Assembly (NCBI GenBank): GCA_019358935.1
Contig: JAHHIK010000032.1
Location: 1 to 64,000 of the forward strand
Source: Tolypothrix carrinoi HA7290-LM1
Lineage (GTDB): Bacteria; Cyanobacteriota; Cyanobacteriia; Cyanobacteriales; Nostocaceae
DNA length: 64,000 nucleotides
Direction: 5' to 3'
Of this stretch, positions 21,077 through 31,750 are shown piece by piece (within the stretch, counting starts at the first letter, position 1; each line of letters opens with the position of its first letter). The position numbers and the translations under genes were made by a program. The notes under the pieces were generated by a model that saw only the letters and a program-made list of their open reading frames with translations, did not search any database and had not been told where the DNA came from.

Positions 21077-22081
21077 ATGAAAGTCGTATTTTTTGGTACT
21101 CCCCAATTTGCTGTACCTACCCTAGAAAAATTGCTGAATCATCCAGAATTTGAAGTTTTGGCAGTTGTTACCCAGCCAGATAAACGTCGGGAACGCGGTA
21201 ACAAACTTACACCGTCACCGATAAAAACTGTCAGCACTGCTGCTAACCTACCAATATGGCAACCCCAACGCATAAAAAAAGACACTGAAACCTTAACTCA
21301 ATTGAAACAATTACAGGCAGATGTGTTTGTCGTAGTTGCCTATGGGCAGATTTTATCTCAAGAAATCTTGGATATGCCCAAATTGGGTTGTATTAATGTA
21401 CATGGCTCGATTTTGCCGAAATATCGGGGTGCGGCTCCGATTCAGTGGTGTTTGTATAACGGTGAGAAGGAAACCGGGATCGTGACAATGTTAATGGATG
21501 CGGGGATGGATACGGGAGCCATGCTGCTTAAAGCTACTACACCTATTGGATTATTAGATAATGCTCAAGATTTGGCAATTAGGCTATCTCTAATCGGTGC
21601 TGATTTGCTGGTGGAAACGCTATCTCAGCTAGAACAAGGAGAGATTCAACCAATTGCTCAAGACGATTCACAAGCTACTTATGCACCTTTAATTAAAAAA
21701 CCGGATTATGCGTTGGATTGGTCAAAAAGCGCTTTTGCATTACACAATCAAATTAGAGGCTTTTATCCCAACTGCACCGTCACCTTTCGCAACCAACCGC
21801 TAAAAATCACCGCCACCGCTCCCCTTGGTTCTGCTTTTTGGAGTGAGTTACCACCAGAATTACAAGAAATAGAGCATAAACTGCCGGATTTGTCAACAAT
21901 GTCAAGTAATCCTGGAGTTGTGGTAAGCATTGTTAAGGGAATGGGAGCGATCGCTCAAACCGGCGATGGTTTATTATTGCTACGAGAAGTTCAGCAAGCC
22001 GGCAAACGTCCCCAATCAGGATGGGATTTTGTTAATGGTACCCGTTTAGCTGTAGGAGAAGCGTTTGCCGATGGGAGTTAG
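21077..22081 (+). CDS. fmt: Methionyl-tRNA formyltransferase
   Basis: [41 protein letters not shown] and MDAGMDTG motifs. Confidence 0.97.
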   Translation: MKVVFFGTPQFAVPTLEKLLNHPEFEVLAVVTQPDKRRERGNKLTPSPIKTVSTAANLPIWQPQRIKKDTETLTQLKQLQADVFVVVAYGQILSQEILDMPKLGCINVHGSILPKYRGAAPIQWCLYNGEKETGIVTMLMDAGMDTGAMLLKATTPIGLLDNAQDLAIRLSLIGADLLVETLSQLEQGEIQPIAQDDSQATYAPLIKKPDYALDWSKSAFALHNQIRGFYPNCTVTFRNQPLKITATAPLGSAFWSELPPELQEIEHKLPDLSTMSSNPGVVVSIVKGMGAIAQTGDGLLLLREVQQAGKRPQSGWDFVNGTRLAVGEAFADGS

Positions 22082-22495
22082 GAGAGGGGGAGTGGGGAGT
22101 GCTCTTGAGTGGGGGAGTGGGGAGTGGGGGGACAAGGGGGAGTGGGGGGACAAGGGGGAGTGGGGGGACAAGGGGACAAGGGGACAGGGAGACAAGGGGA
22201 CAAGGGGAGGACGAGCGCGAGTGCGTATTTTCCCAAGCCACTGCGTTGCGGTGAGTCCACTCGGCGGTGTCGGTTTGGGTCCCGTCGAAGTGGCGAACCC
22301 GAAGGGAGGTTCCCTCCGTTGAAGCATGTGGCGTCCCCGTTAAGGAACGTGTCCGTGGACAAGGGAATTGCTAACTCCTAACAACTAACCACTAACTCCT
22401 AACTCCTAACCACTAACAACTAACTCCTAACTTTTAACTCCTAACTCCTAACTTTTAACTCCTAACTCCTAACCACCAACCACCAACCACTAACT
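22082..22495. repeat. STRR arrays (GGGGAGT/GGGGACAAG and CTAACTC types) flanking a dispersed repeat module
   Basis: Direct inspection; the central GCGTTGCGG...GGTTCCCTCCGTTG module is shared with 12976 and 39855. Confidence 0.85.
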
Positions 22496-22853
22496 AGCTA
22501 ACTTTTAACTCTTCATAAAATCGGCAAGAGTCACAGGGTCCTTCTGGGTTAACTGCACAGCGAATAATTTCTGAATTAGCATTATAGCGGCAGGTGGCAT
22601 CTCCGACTACCCAACGTCCGTTTACCAAACTTTTCTCTGATGGTCGTTTGGCAGATTGGACGTAAAGAGCTATATTTTGTAAACGGTAACGTCCTGCCTT
22701 AAGCTGATATTTGTGGCGACGTTCTAAAACTGCGTAGGTTTTACCTTGCAAATCGAGATAGTTTCCGGGTTGCGGTGTCCAATCAAATTGCACGTTGCCG
22801 AGGGATTGGCGCGGATGCGTCAGAATCACCTCGGTTGAAAGAGATGGCTCCAT
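22494..22853 (-). CDS. Conserved cyanobacterial protein with C-terminal Cys cluster (DUF6464-like)
   Basis: GDATCRYNA.SEIIRCAVNPEGPCDSC motif. Confidence 0.8.
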   Translation of the reverse strand: MEPSLSTEVILTHPRQSLGNVQFDWTPQPGNYLDLQGKTYAVLERRHKYQLKAGRYRLQNIALYVQSAKRPSEKSLVNGRWVVGDATCRYNANSEIIRCAVNPEGPCDSCRFYEELKVS

Positions 22854-23113
22854 AAGCTTTTGTAATTTGGTTTACATTATTAGGATGGTAACGCACTCTT
22901 GTTGCCCGATTTTGCCTAGTTTATGTTAAAGTTAACGATTTGCTTCTGTAGTGAGGACTTCAGTCCTCTCTCATGATATGAGGACTGAAGTCCTCACTAC
23001 GAAAAGTGTAAGTTTCCTAACAATCAGCAATCGAATGAGTACAAATGACTTGAGAAAAGTTACACCGATGCGCTAGTGTTCATAATCGTGACTGCATGTT
23101 GTAACATCAGGCG

Positions 23114-25537
23114 ATGACAAATCAATCTTCCCCAGAAATTCCTCCTTGCACTTGGAACCGTCCCATTGGTAAGGGATGGAACAAACCTTATACTGTTCGT
23201 TATGCCAGTAATATTGATGATGGTCCTTGGCATGGAATGCCTTTAGGCGGTTTCGGTGCTGGTTGTATCGGTCGTTCTTCGCGGGGAGATTTCAACCTTT
23301 GGCATATTGACGGGGGGGAACATACTTTTCAAACTATCCCCGCTTGTCAATTTAGTGTATTTGAGTCAGATGGAAGTTCTTCTCAAGCATACGCTTTGTG
23401 TACGCAACTCCCTGAGGATGATAGTTTGGCTGCGTGGAAGTGGTATCCAAAAGAGGACGCGATTCATCGCGTCACGACGGGGAATTATCACGCTTTGTAT
23501 CCGCGCAGCTGGTTTGTGTATGAAAATGTGTTTCAAGCACAGTTAACTTGCGAGCAGTTTTCGCCTGTGTGGGCAAATAATTATCAACAAACTAGCTATC
23601 CTGTGGCGATGTTTGTCTGGACTGCTCATAATCCAAGTGATGCACCTATTACTCTCAGCATTATGCTCACTTGGCAAAATATGGTGGGCTGGTTTACTAA
23701 TGCTGTCAAATCTCCTGAAGTGCGGGTGCGCGATGATGGCAGTCCGGTTTACGAGTATCAACCGCGTTTGGGCGAAAGTGAAGATAATTTTAACACAATA
23801 GTTGAAAATAGTCAATATATCGGGTTTGAGTTGGGTAAAGCTGGTATTAATGAACCTGTAAAAGAAGGTGAAGGGCAATGGTGCATTGCTACCGAAAAAC
23901 ATCCCCAAGTTGAATTATTCTACCATAGCCGCTGGAACCCAGTTGGGACGGGTGAGGATGTGTGGCAAAGCTTCGCGGAAGATGGTTCTTTATCTAATTA
24001 TCGAATTGGAACATCGGCAGCGGCGGGGGAACAAATAGGAGTTGCGCTTGCGGTTCGTTTTACTCTGCAACCTGGAGAAACTTTAGAAATTCCCTTTGTT
24101 CTCGCTTGGGATTTTCCGGTGACAGAATTTGCATCCGGAATCAACTATTACCGCAGATATACAGATTTTTTTGGTCGCGATGGCAAGAATGCTTGGGCGA
24201 TCGCTTCTGTTGCTCTTCAACAATACCAAAGTTGGCGATCGCAAATTCAAACTTGGCAACAACCAATTCTCGACCGCCAAGATTTGCCCTCTTGGTTCAA
24301 AATGGCTTTGTTTAATGAGCTTTACAACCTCACCAGCGGCGGTACTCTCTGGAGTGCAGCGTCAGAACTCGATCCTATCGGTCAATTTGCGGTGTTAGAG
24401 TGCTTGGATTACCGCTGGTATGAAAGTCTCGATGTGCGGTTGTATGGTTCCTTTGCTTTGTTGATGCTGTTTCCGGAACTGGAAAAAGCGGTAATTCGTG
24501 CTTTTGCACGGGCTATTCCGAAAAGTGATGAAACTGAACGTATTATTGGCTACTATTTAACTATCAAAGCTGAAAGTCCGATAGCTATCCGGAAAGCAGC
24601 AGGGGCAACACCTCACGATTTAGGCGCACCGAATGAACATGTTTGGGAGAAAACAAATTATACCAGCTATCAAGATTGCAATTTGTGGAAGGATTTAGGC
24701 TGTGATTTTGTTTTGCAAGTATACCGCGACTTTTTGTTTACAGGTTCTAATGATATAGAATTCTTAACTGATTGCTGGAATGCAATTGTGCAGACTCTTG
24801 ATTATGTGAAAGATTTTGATAAAGATGGTGATGGGATTCCAGAAAATTCTGGGGCACCCGACCAAACTTTTGATGATTGGCGGTTGTTAGGTGTAAGTGC
24901 TTATTGTGGTGGGTTGTGGTTGGCAGCTTTAGAAGCGGCGATCGCTATAAGTGATATTTTAATAATGAACCGCACAGACGCAGAAAGCGCAGAGGAGTTA
25001 AGAGAGAGAAAATCGACTTATGAGGGTTGGTTGGAAGAATCGCGCTTCATTTATGAGGAAAAACTTTGGAATGGTCAATATTATCGACTTGATAGTGAAA
25101 GCGGTTCTGATGTGGTGATGGCAGATCAATTATGCGGTCAATTTTATGCGCGTTTGTTAAGTTTACCTGATATTGTTTCAGGCGATCGCGCTTTTTCTGC
25201 CTTACAAACGATTTATAATACTTGCTTTCTCAAATTCCATAATGGCAAGTTTGGTGCTGCTAACGGTCTTCGTCTTGACGGTTCACCAGAAAATCCTCAA
25301 GCTACTCATCCTCTAGAAGTTTGGACAGGAATAAATTTTGGACTGGCGGCTTTTCTGGTACAAATGAAAATGAAAAATGAAGCATTTAGCTTGACGCAAG
25401 CTGTTGTGCAACAAATTTATGACAATGGTCTGCAATTCCGCACACCAGAAGCAATCACCGCATCTGGTACATTTCGTGCTAGTACTTATCTCCGCGCAAT
25501 GGCAATTTGGGCTATTTACTTAGTTATTGGTGAATAA
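23114..25537 (+). CDS. GH116 family glycoside hydrolase (non-lysosomal glucosylceramidase-like)
   Basis: GMPLGGFGAG, LECLDYRWYESLDV, PHDLG, PDQTFDDW and EVWTG motifs. Confidence 0.92.
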   Translation: MTNQSSPEIPPCTWNRPIGKGWNKPYTVRYASNIDDGPWHGMPLGGFGAGCIGRSSRGDFNLWHIDGGEHTFQTIPACQFSVFESDGSSSQAYALCTQLPEDDSLAAWKWYPKEDAIHRVTTGNYHALYPRSWFVYENVFQAQLTCEQFSPVWANNYQQTSYPVAMFVWTAHNPSDAPITLSIMLTWQNMVGWFTNAVKSPEVRVRDDGSPVYEYQPRLGESEDNFNTIVENSQYIGFELGKAGINEPVKEGEGQWCIATEKHPQVELFYHSRWNPVGTGEDVWQSFAEDGSLSNYRIGTSAAAGEQIGVALAVRFTLQPGETLEIPFVLAWDFPVTEFASGINYYRRYTDFFGRDGKNAWAIASVALQQYQSWRSQIQTWQQPILDRQDLPSWFKMALFNELYNLTSGGTLWSAASELDPIGQFAVLECLDYRWYESLDVRLYGSFALLMLFPELEKAVIRAFARAIPKSDETERIIGYYLTIKAESPIAIRKAAGATPHDLGAPNEHVWEKTNYTSYQDCNLWKDLGCDFVLQVYRDFLFTGSNDIEFLTDCWNAIVQTLDYVKDFDKDGDGIPENSGAPDQTFDDWRLLGVSAYCGGLWLAALEAAIAISDILIMNRTDAESAEELRERKSTYEGWLEESRFIYEEKLWNGQYYRLDSESGSDVVMADQLCGQFYARLLSLPDIVSGDRAFSALQTIYNTCFLKFHNGKFGAANGLRLDGSPENPQATHPLEVWTGINFGLAAFLVQMKMKNEAFSLTQAVVQQIYDNGLQFRTPEAITASGTFRASTYLRAMAIWAIYLVIGE

Positions 25538-25760
25538 GCTGTTTTTTATCGCGCAATGAAGGGTGGATATTTAAATAATTCTAGAACTTACGCACAAGTC
25601 ATGGAATAACGAACCGCGTTCGGCTTTGCCGTCTGGTGAAGGAGAAGGCACGAAGGACACGTTCGCCCTTGGCGTCTGGTGAAGGAGAAGCAATAAGAGT
25701 TGCAGAGAGTTTTTGCGTAAGTCCTGAATTCTTTATTTTCATTTTCTTTCCCCTCTTTTG

Positions 25761-25774
25761 GTAATCTAAGATAC
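25761..25774. promoter_or_regulatory. Candidate NtcA box GTAATCTAAGATAC upstream of hetC
   Basis: Matches GTA-N8-TAC. A second match, GTAATTGGGTTTAC, lies at 26327-26340 and is followed by TACAGT 20 nt later. Confidence 0.4.
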
Positions 25775-26556
25775 GAAATGATATTTAGGAAAACTTGCAG
25801 ATAATTAAATATCTGCGTTTTTTAGTTTAGCTTGCGGTAAGTCTTTATCAAAAATATTTCTACATCTCTGGTTACACTTTCCGGTTATTTAAAGAAGTAA
25901 TAGAAAAGATGAGTAGTGGTTAAGTTTGAGCGAAGGAAAGACTCAAGATTACTAGTTGAAAAAATGCAAATATTACTAGATTGAGCCAAAACTATAACCA
26001 ATATCACACTAATTATGTTCACAATGCACAATTTTTTAGTTCAAAAAATGCTTTTGTCAGGATTTTTTTGTGAAGCCACGATGCGTGAAAATTTTATCTG
26101 TAAAAATGAATGGAACACAAATAAATTTCCTTTCAATTACATTTATCTGCAATCTATGTTTAAACTAAAAGAGGACTTATAGCAGTTATTTGCTTGATGG
26201 TTATTTTTTTAAATTCCGGTTAAAGGATAAGTAAAATTTTGATAAAGTATGGAAGGGTTATTAACGGGAATAGGCGAAATTTTATAACAATGCACTCTTT
26301 GGGCAATTAATACACTGCTGGAACAAGTAATTGGGTTTACCCAAAAAATGTTTTATTTGATACAGTTATTTAACGAAAAGCCGCTGAAAAATGATAGTCA
26401 AGCAATTAGTAATTAAAAACACAATGAATTGCGTTTTTCAGAGGCTGTTGGAATAAAGCTAAATCCAATCGCTTAAGTAATTGTCAGTTTTTTTGGTGCT
26501 ATAATAGCACGCTCCGCCAAAGTTAAAAAGTTTACTAAAACATTTAAGATTAAGCC

Positions 26557-29500
26557 ATGAACTCCTTTTCGTCGTTAAGAGTTCAGGGAGAGCTGAAATA
26601 TACAAGCAATCAGCATCCCACTCGCAATGCGGCTATCCTCGGATTGTTGAGGTTAGTTGCGGGTAATACAAATTTAGCATTTGACTTTAGCTCTTTTTGG
26701 AAAATTCTGGAGTTTCAACTAGGTGACGATTTGACTAAATACGGTATCTTTGGAGATGAAGACAGCCGTAATGTTGTTTACTTAGTTTGCAGTGGGAAAG
26801 TGCGATTGCTAGGCTTTGATGCAACTCAAAGACGAGAAGTGTCAACTCAGTTGCTTGTGGCAGAGCAAATTTTTGGCGCGGACGATTTCTTTATTCATCA
26901 ATCTTTACAATATCGAGCGATCGCATCAAGTGGGGGTTTGATTGCTTGCATTACCCTAAATGACTTAAAACCGTGGTTCAGTAAAATACCCAATCTTAAA
27001 GATTATTTACAACAAACAACTTATGAGCGACAAAAGCTGATTTTCTTAAAAACCCATACAGAATTTCGTTCGCAAACCAGCCTTAAACTACAAAAACTTT
27101 TACCCAACTTCAGACAAATCAAGATAAATGCTGGCTCATCTTTGTTAGATGCAATTCCACCTGACCAAGGTCGCTTTTGGCTCAAGAGTGGAAAGATTCG
27201 CACTTTATCAGACACTCAGCCACCAGTTGTGGGAGAAAGCTGGGGATATCCGATGACGCTACCAACTTGGATTGCCGAAAGTGATTTACTATTATATCAC
27301 CTGCCGCGAGAAAATTGGGAATTGGCTTCTTCGGCTCCTCAATTAGTCAACCAGCAGCAAGTTATTGAAACTGGCACAGCAAATCAACAGGAAATCGAAG
27401 AACACCGAGCTTTTAAGTATGGGGTTCGCTCAAGAAGCTGCTCGTCTTCTCCCCCTGCTCCCCCTGCTCCCCCTGCTCCCCCTGCTCCCCCTGCTCCCCC
27501 TGCTCCAGAAATAGCTCTCTTCCTTGACTTTCCCCAAGTAAACCCACCTTGGTCGATCGCTTCTTTATGGCGTCGCTATCCTTTTATTCAACAGCACAGT
27601 TCTTCAGATTGTGGTGCCGCATGTTTGGCGATGGTTAGCCAATACTGGGGTAAACGCTTCAGTTTGAACACTTTGCGTAACTTAGCACAGATAGACAAAA
27701 CCGGTGCGTCTTTTTCAGGTTTAGCGGCAGCAGCAGAAACGTTGGGATATGATACGCTAACCGTGCGGGCTTCTTTGAGTAAGTTGGAATGGCAAACTAA
27801 CCCTTGGATCGCCCACTGGCAAAAAATTCACTACGTAGTTGTTTGGCGAGTTAAAGGCGATCGCGTCATCATTTCCGATCCGGCTATCGGTAAGCGATCG
27901 CTTTCGCGCCAAGAATTTACCGCTGGCTGGACAGAATATGCTGTGCTTTTACATCCCACACAACGCTTCCAAGCGATTGAAAGCGAAAAAATTTCCGCTA
28001 CGCGCTATTTGCAGTTATTTCGCGATTACCGCTACCTTTTAGCGAAAATTATTCTTACTTCATTGTTGCTAGCGATTTTTGGGCTGGTAACTCCTTTATT
28101 TGCTCAGTTGTTTCTTGACATGAAACAAGTCAAAAGCAGCATCACATTAAATGTGCTTGTTGGCAGCTTTCTTTTTTTTGGCATTTGGCGTGTGGCGTTT
28201 TCCGCATTCCGGCAACACCTTCTAGACTATTTCGCCAACCAAATCGACTTGACATTAATTGGCAATTTTTATCGCCACGCGCTAAAGTTGCCATTACAAT
28301 TTTTCGCTTCTCGCCAAGTCGAAGACATAATCAGCCGCGTTCAGGAAAACCGTAAAATCCAACAGTTTCTCACCCGTCATGCTGTGAGTGCAATTATAAA
28401 TGCACTTTTTGCTTTTGTCTATATCGGATTGATGGCTTTTTACAACTTGCCGCTGACGTTGCTGGTAGTGCTGTTTGTTTTAGCGATCGCAATATTGAAT
28501 TTGGCGGCAAATCCGTTACTCAATCGAGTGTCGCGAGAAATCGCTAACTCAGCAGCAGCGCAAAATTCATCTTTAGTTGAGGCGATCGCAGGTATTACCA
28601 CCGTCAAAAGCGCAGCAGCCGAAAGCGAAATCAGTTCGCGTTGGCAAGAACGCTTTATGGATATGTTGAAAGTGCGGTTTCAGGGGCAGAAACTAGCTAA
28701 CAACTTGCAACTAATTAGCAATTTGCTGAATCACCTCGGTACTACAGCGGTATTGTGGTGTGGAGCGACTTCGGTAATGAACGAGCAAATGACGATTGGT
28801 CAGTTTGTCGCTTTTAACATGCTTGCCAGTAATGTCCTCAACCCAGTTTTGGCAGGAGTGAAAGTGTGGGATGAGTTCCAAGAAGTGCTGATTTCCATAG
28901 AAAAGCTGAATGATGTCTTAGAAGCGGTACCTGAAGAAAATCTTCAAAAACCGCTATCGGTGCTGCCACCGATTCAGGGTGAGGTAATTTTTGAGAATGT
29001 GTCTTTTAGTTACAACCAAGGTGACCAATTTGGCGACAAAAAAATGGGGAGAGGCTCGTCCCCCACAAATAAATTAGGGGGCTTCTCGACTCACCAAAAA
29101 GCCTCTCCCCATTTTTTCAAGCCTAGCCTCGGTGAAGGGCACATTTTGCAAAATATTTCTTTTAAGGTGAAACCCGGACAGACGATTGGGATTGTTGGTG
29201 CTAGCGGTGCGGGTAAAAGCACTTTAGTAAATTTGCTGGCTGGTTTATATCCTGCAAGCACCGGACGGATTTTGATTGATGGACATGATATTGCTGATGT
29301 TTCTCTGCAATCGTTGCGAAGTCAGTTAGGTGTGGTGCCGCAAGATTGTTTTCTATTTTCGGGGACGATTTGGGAAAACATTACTTTGTTTGACTCGCAG
29401 TTGACTCTTGAGAGTGCGATCGCTGCTGCCAAGTTAGCCGAAGCACACATTTTTATCGAAGCGCTGCACGACGGTTACAACACTCAAGTGGGACAAGGTT

Positions 29501-29805
29501 TGATGTTGTGTGATGAACAGAAGAAAAAAATAGCGATCGCTCGCTCCCTTGTCAGGAACCCTCAAATCTTGATTTTAGATGAAGTCACAAGTTCTCTAGA
29601 TGCATCACAACGTCGGTTTCAACAAAATTTAGCCCGGTTGAATCGTACCACTTTCGCGATCGCCCATCATCTCGGTGTCGTTCGCAATGCTGACTGCATA
29701 CTTGTCTTAGACCGAGGTATCCTTGTTGAGCAGGGCACTCATCAAGAGCTAATGGCAATTCACGGTATTTATTACAACTTATCTCAACAGCAATTTTATC
29801 TGTAA
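26557..29805 (+). CDS. hetC: HetC-type peptidase-domain (C39) ABC exporter
   Basis: N-terminal cNMP-like region, C39 (SDCGAACL, HW...H, DPA), TM domain and Walker A GASGAGKS; lies upstream of hetP. The ABC signature is degenerate (LCDEQ). Confidence 0.8.
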   Translation: MNSFSSLRVQGELKYTSNQHPTRNAAILGLLRLVAGNTNLAFDFSSFWKILEFQLGDDLTKYGIFGDEDSRNVVYLVCSGKVRLLGFDATQRREVSTQLLVAEQIFGADDFFIHQSLQYRAIASSGGLIACITLNDLKPWFSKIPNLKDYLQQTTYERQKLIFLKTHTEFRSQTSLKLQKLLPNFRQIKINAGSSLLDAIPPDQGRFWLKSGKIRTLSDTQPPVVGESWGYPMTLPTWIAESDLLLYHLPRENWELASSAPQLVNQQQVIETGTANQQEIEEHRAFKYGVRSRSCSSSPPAPPAPPAPPAPPAPPAPEIALFLDFPQVNPPWSIASLWRRYPFIQQHSSSDCGAACLAMVSQYWGKRFSLNTLRNLAQIDKTGASFSGLAAAAETLGYDTLTVRASLSKLEWQTNPWIAHWQKIHYVVVWRVKGDRVIISDPAIGKRSLSRQEFTAGWTEYAVLLHPTQRFQAIESEKISATRYLQLFRDYRYLLAKIILTSLLLAIFGLVTPLFAQLFLDMKQVKSSITLNVLVGSFLFFGIWRVAFSAFRQHLLDYFANQIDLTLIGNFYRHALKLPLQFFASRQVEDIISRVQENRKIQQFLTRHAVSAIINALFAFVYIGLMAFYNLPLTLLVVLFVLAIAILNLAANPLLNRVSREIANSAAAQNSSLVEAIAGITTVKSAAAESEISSRWQERFMDMLKVRFQGQKLANNLQLISNLLNHLGTTAVLWCGATSVMNEQMTIGQFVAFNMLASNVLNPVLAGVKVWDEFQEVLISIEKLNDVLEAVPEENLQKPLSVLPPIQGEVIFENVSFSYNQGDQFGDKKMGRGSSPTNKLGGFSTHQKASPHFFKPSLGEGHILQNISFKVKPGQTIGIVGASGAGKSTLVNLLAGLYPASTGRILIDGHDIADVSLQSLRSQLGVVPQDCFLFSGTIWENITLFDSQLTLESAIAAAKLAEAHIFIEALHDGYNTQVGQGLMLCDEQKKKIAIARSLVRNPQILILDEVTSSLDASQRRFQQNLARLNRTTFAIAHHLGVVRNADCILVLDRGILVEQGTHQELMAIHGIYYNLSQQQFYL

Positions 29806-30320
29806 TATCACTGGTATCAGTTCTTTTTATCTTAACCTCAAAACATTTGGATTGAGAATAATTTTGTTAAATTCACTACTTAACTTTATATAACTTACTA
29901 AACAACGTAACGATTTACTCGCTTAATTTGCTGCGTCTTTTTTTTGCCAAAAATTTCCTTATGGGTATTTTATCTTATTTATAAAAAATCTTTTACAGGT
30001 TAGGATATTATATCATATCTATTCACATTTAACAACTTGTTATCTATATTTAGTTACTGACTTTTATGCAAAACTTACAAGCTATTTATGCTGATTTTGC
30101 AATTATGTCATAACCGCCAAAGTCTTTGCTATCAACGAGTTAAGACAAAACTTGCCGCAACAATAATATTAAATTTTATCAAATAAATTATTTATAAGAA
30201 TCAATAATATTGGTTTGACAAATGTCATAACTACAGTTTTATTTCCATCTTATTAAGAATTTTATTTAATAGCATTGACAAGAAAGGCAACCAAGAAAAA
30301 GTCTCAATTAAGTATTAACT

Positions 30321-30337
30321 GAGGGGTCTAACCCCCT
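30321..30337. promoter_or_regulatory. HetR-binding inverted repeat upstream of hetP
   Basis: GAGGGGTCTAACCCCCT; as recalled, nearly identical to the Anabaena hetP promoter HetR site GAGGGGTCTAACCCCTC. Confidence 0.8.
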
Positions 30338-31262
30338 ATGAATTAATTAATAAAGGACAAAATAGAAAGTTGCACAACACTTAAGTAAATCTCACAAGAT
30401 GAACTGTAAATTTGACTTATAAAAATGCCAAAATGGCAGATGACATTAACAGCAAAAAATAGTATAAATACAAATGTCACTCTTAACGATTGAAGATAAA
30501 GATTTTATCTTCGCCAGTCTAAGAACCATCGGTTTTTTCTTAAGCCCTCCTAATGAAATTGTAAATTTAAATACATACAAATATCAGGGAAAAGTAATTA
30601 AATTAGGAGTTGGCACAATTTCCATTTTTGACAAAGCTGTATCTACCAAAAGCCACACGCAGACTTTTCTGTGCCAGTCATCTGTCATGACGAAAGGTAA
30701 AAATTTACCCAGGACTTACAGCCAAGCAACAGCTTTCAAACTGTAAGTCTGACTCTTGGGCTGAGTTCTTTGCCTTTAGACCAAACAAAATCAGACAGCA
30801 TTGACAGCAGGAGTAGTAAACAAACTTGATTGCAAACAGTCGAGTTTCCCATCAATGGTCAGCTTATGGAAAAAATGATTTTAGTAAATATAGACTTTTG
30901 CAAGAGGTCTACTGTAGAAGAGCGCATCTGTGAGAGGTCACTTTGGCAAGTGGTACAAACGTTTGTGCGATCGCTCTTAATAATGCTCCAGGATGATTGC
31001 TTAGGAATGCTTTAGCAATCAGCAGATTTTGTCAACAAAAAAATCAAGGTGCAAATCAAACTTGATGTTGAGGGTAAGAGTTAGAGCGATCGTTTTATAA
31101 CAAAAAAGACCACTGCACGCAATCATCTACCAATTTATCCCCTCAGGAGCTAATCAACTAGCTGCACGCAAAGCACTGTTGATAAAAGCGCTCTTTCCAT
31201 TTTGCCACCAAAAATCAAAGCCAAAGTTAAGCTGATTTACTTCATCCAAGACACCTAAAACC

Positions 31263-31733
31263 ATGAATCAAGACATTACTAACATTAGTCACAAATTAAA
31301 TAAGGCAATTAATCCTGAGCAATTAGACCAGGTAGTTGAAGCCATTCTTGCCGGAAAGTATTCCTGGGCTTGTGTTTTGATGCTACGTTTCGCCGGGTAC
31401 AATCCTTTACATTACATTCCCTACCGCACCTATAATCGATTGCTCAAAGAAAACACCCAGCAGATAAGGTCAAATCAACAGCACAACGAAAATTTACAAA
31501 TCGTCAAATCATCTTCCGAAAAAAGGTCTGAAGGTAATCTTTCACCCAGTTGCTTAAGCAAAATTAAAGACCTAGCTTATTTAGAAGTGGTTGGCAAACA
31601 TAAAACAGAAATTCGTGGTCGCGGTCTAGATCAACAGTTGGGAACACAGATTGATGAGCATCAATCCATTAAATCTGAATTCAGACCAGAAATAGCTCCA
31701 GAATTTTCCGAAAAATTCTGTAATTTGAATTAA
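31263..31733 (+). CDS. hetP: Heterocyst commitment protein HetP
   Basis: [41 protein letters not shown] signature; downstream of hetC and a HetR-like box. Confidence 0.92.
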   Translation: MNQDITNISHKLNKAINPEQLDQVVEAILAGKYSWACVLMLRFAGYNPLHYIPYRTYNRLLKENTQQIRSNQQHNENLQIVKSSSEKRSEGNLSPSCLSKIKDLAYLEVVGKHKTEIRGRGLDQQLGTQIDEHQSIKSEFRPEIAPEFSEKFCNLN

Positions 31734-31750
31734 CAGTGTGTCATCAACTT

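Noticed and set aside
30474..31015. 90-aa and 61-aa ORFs between hetC and hetP
   Set aside because: No RBS, leader motif or recognisable domain; they lie in the likely hetP leader. They cannot be fully excluded.
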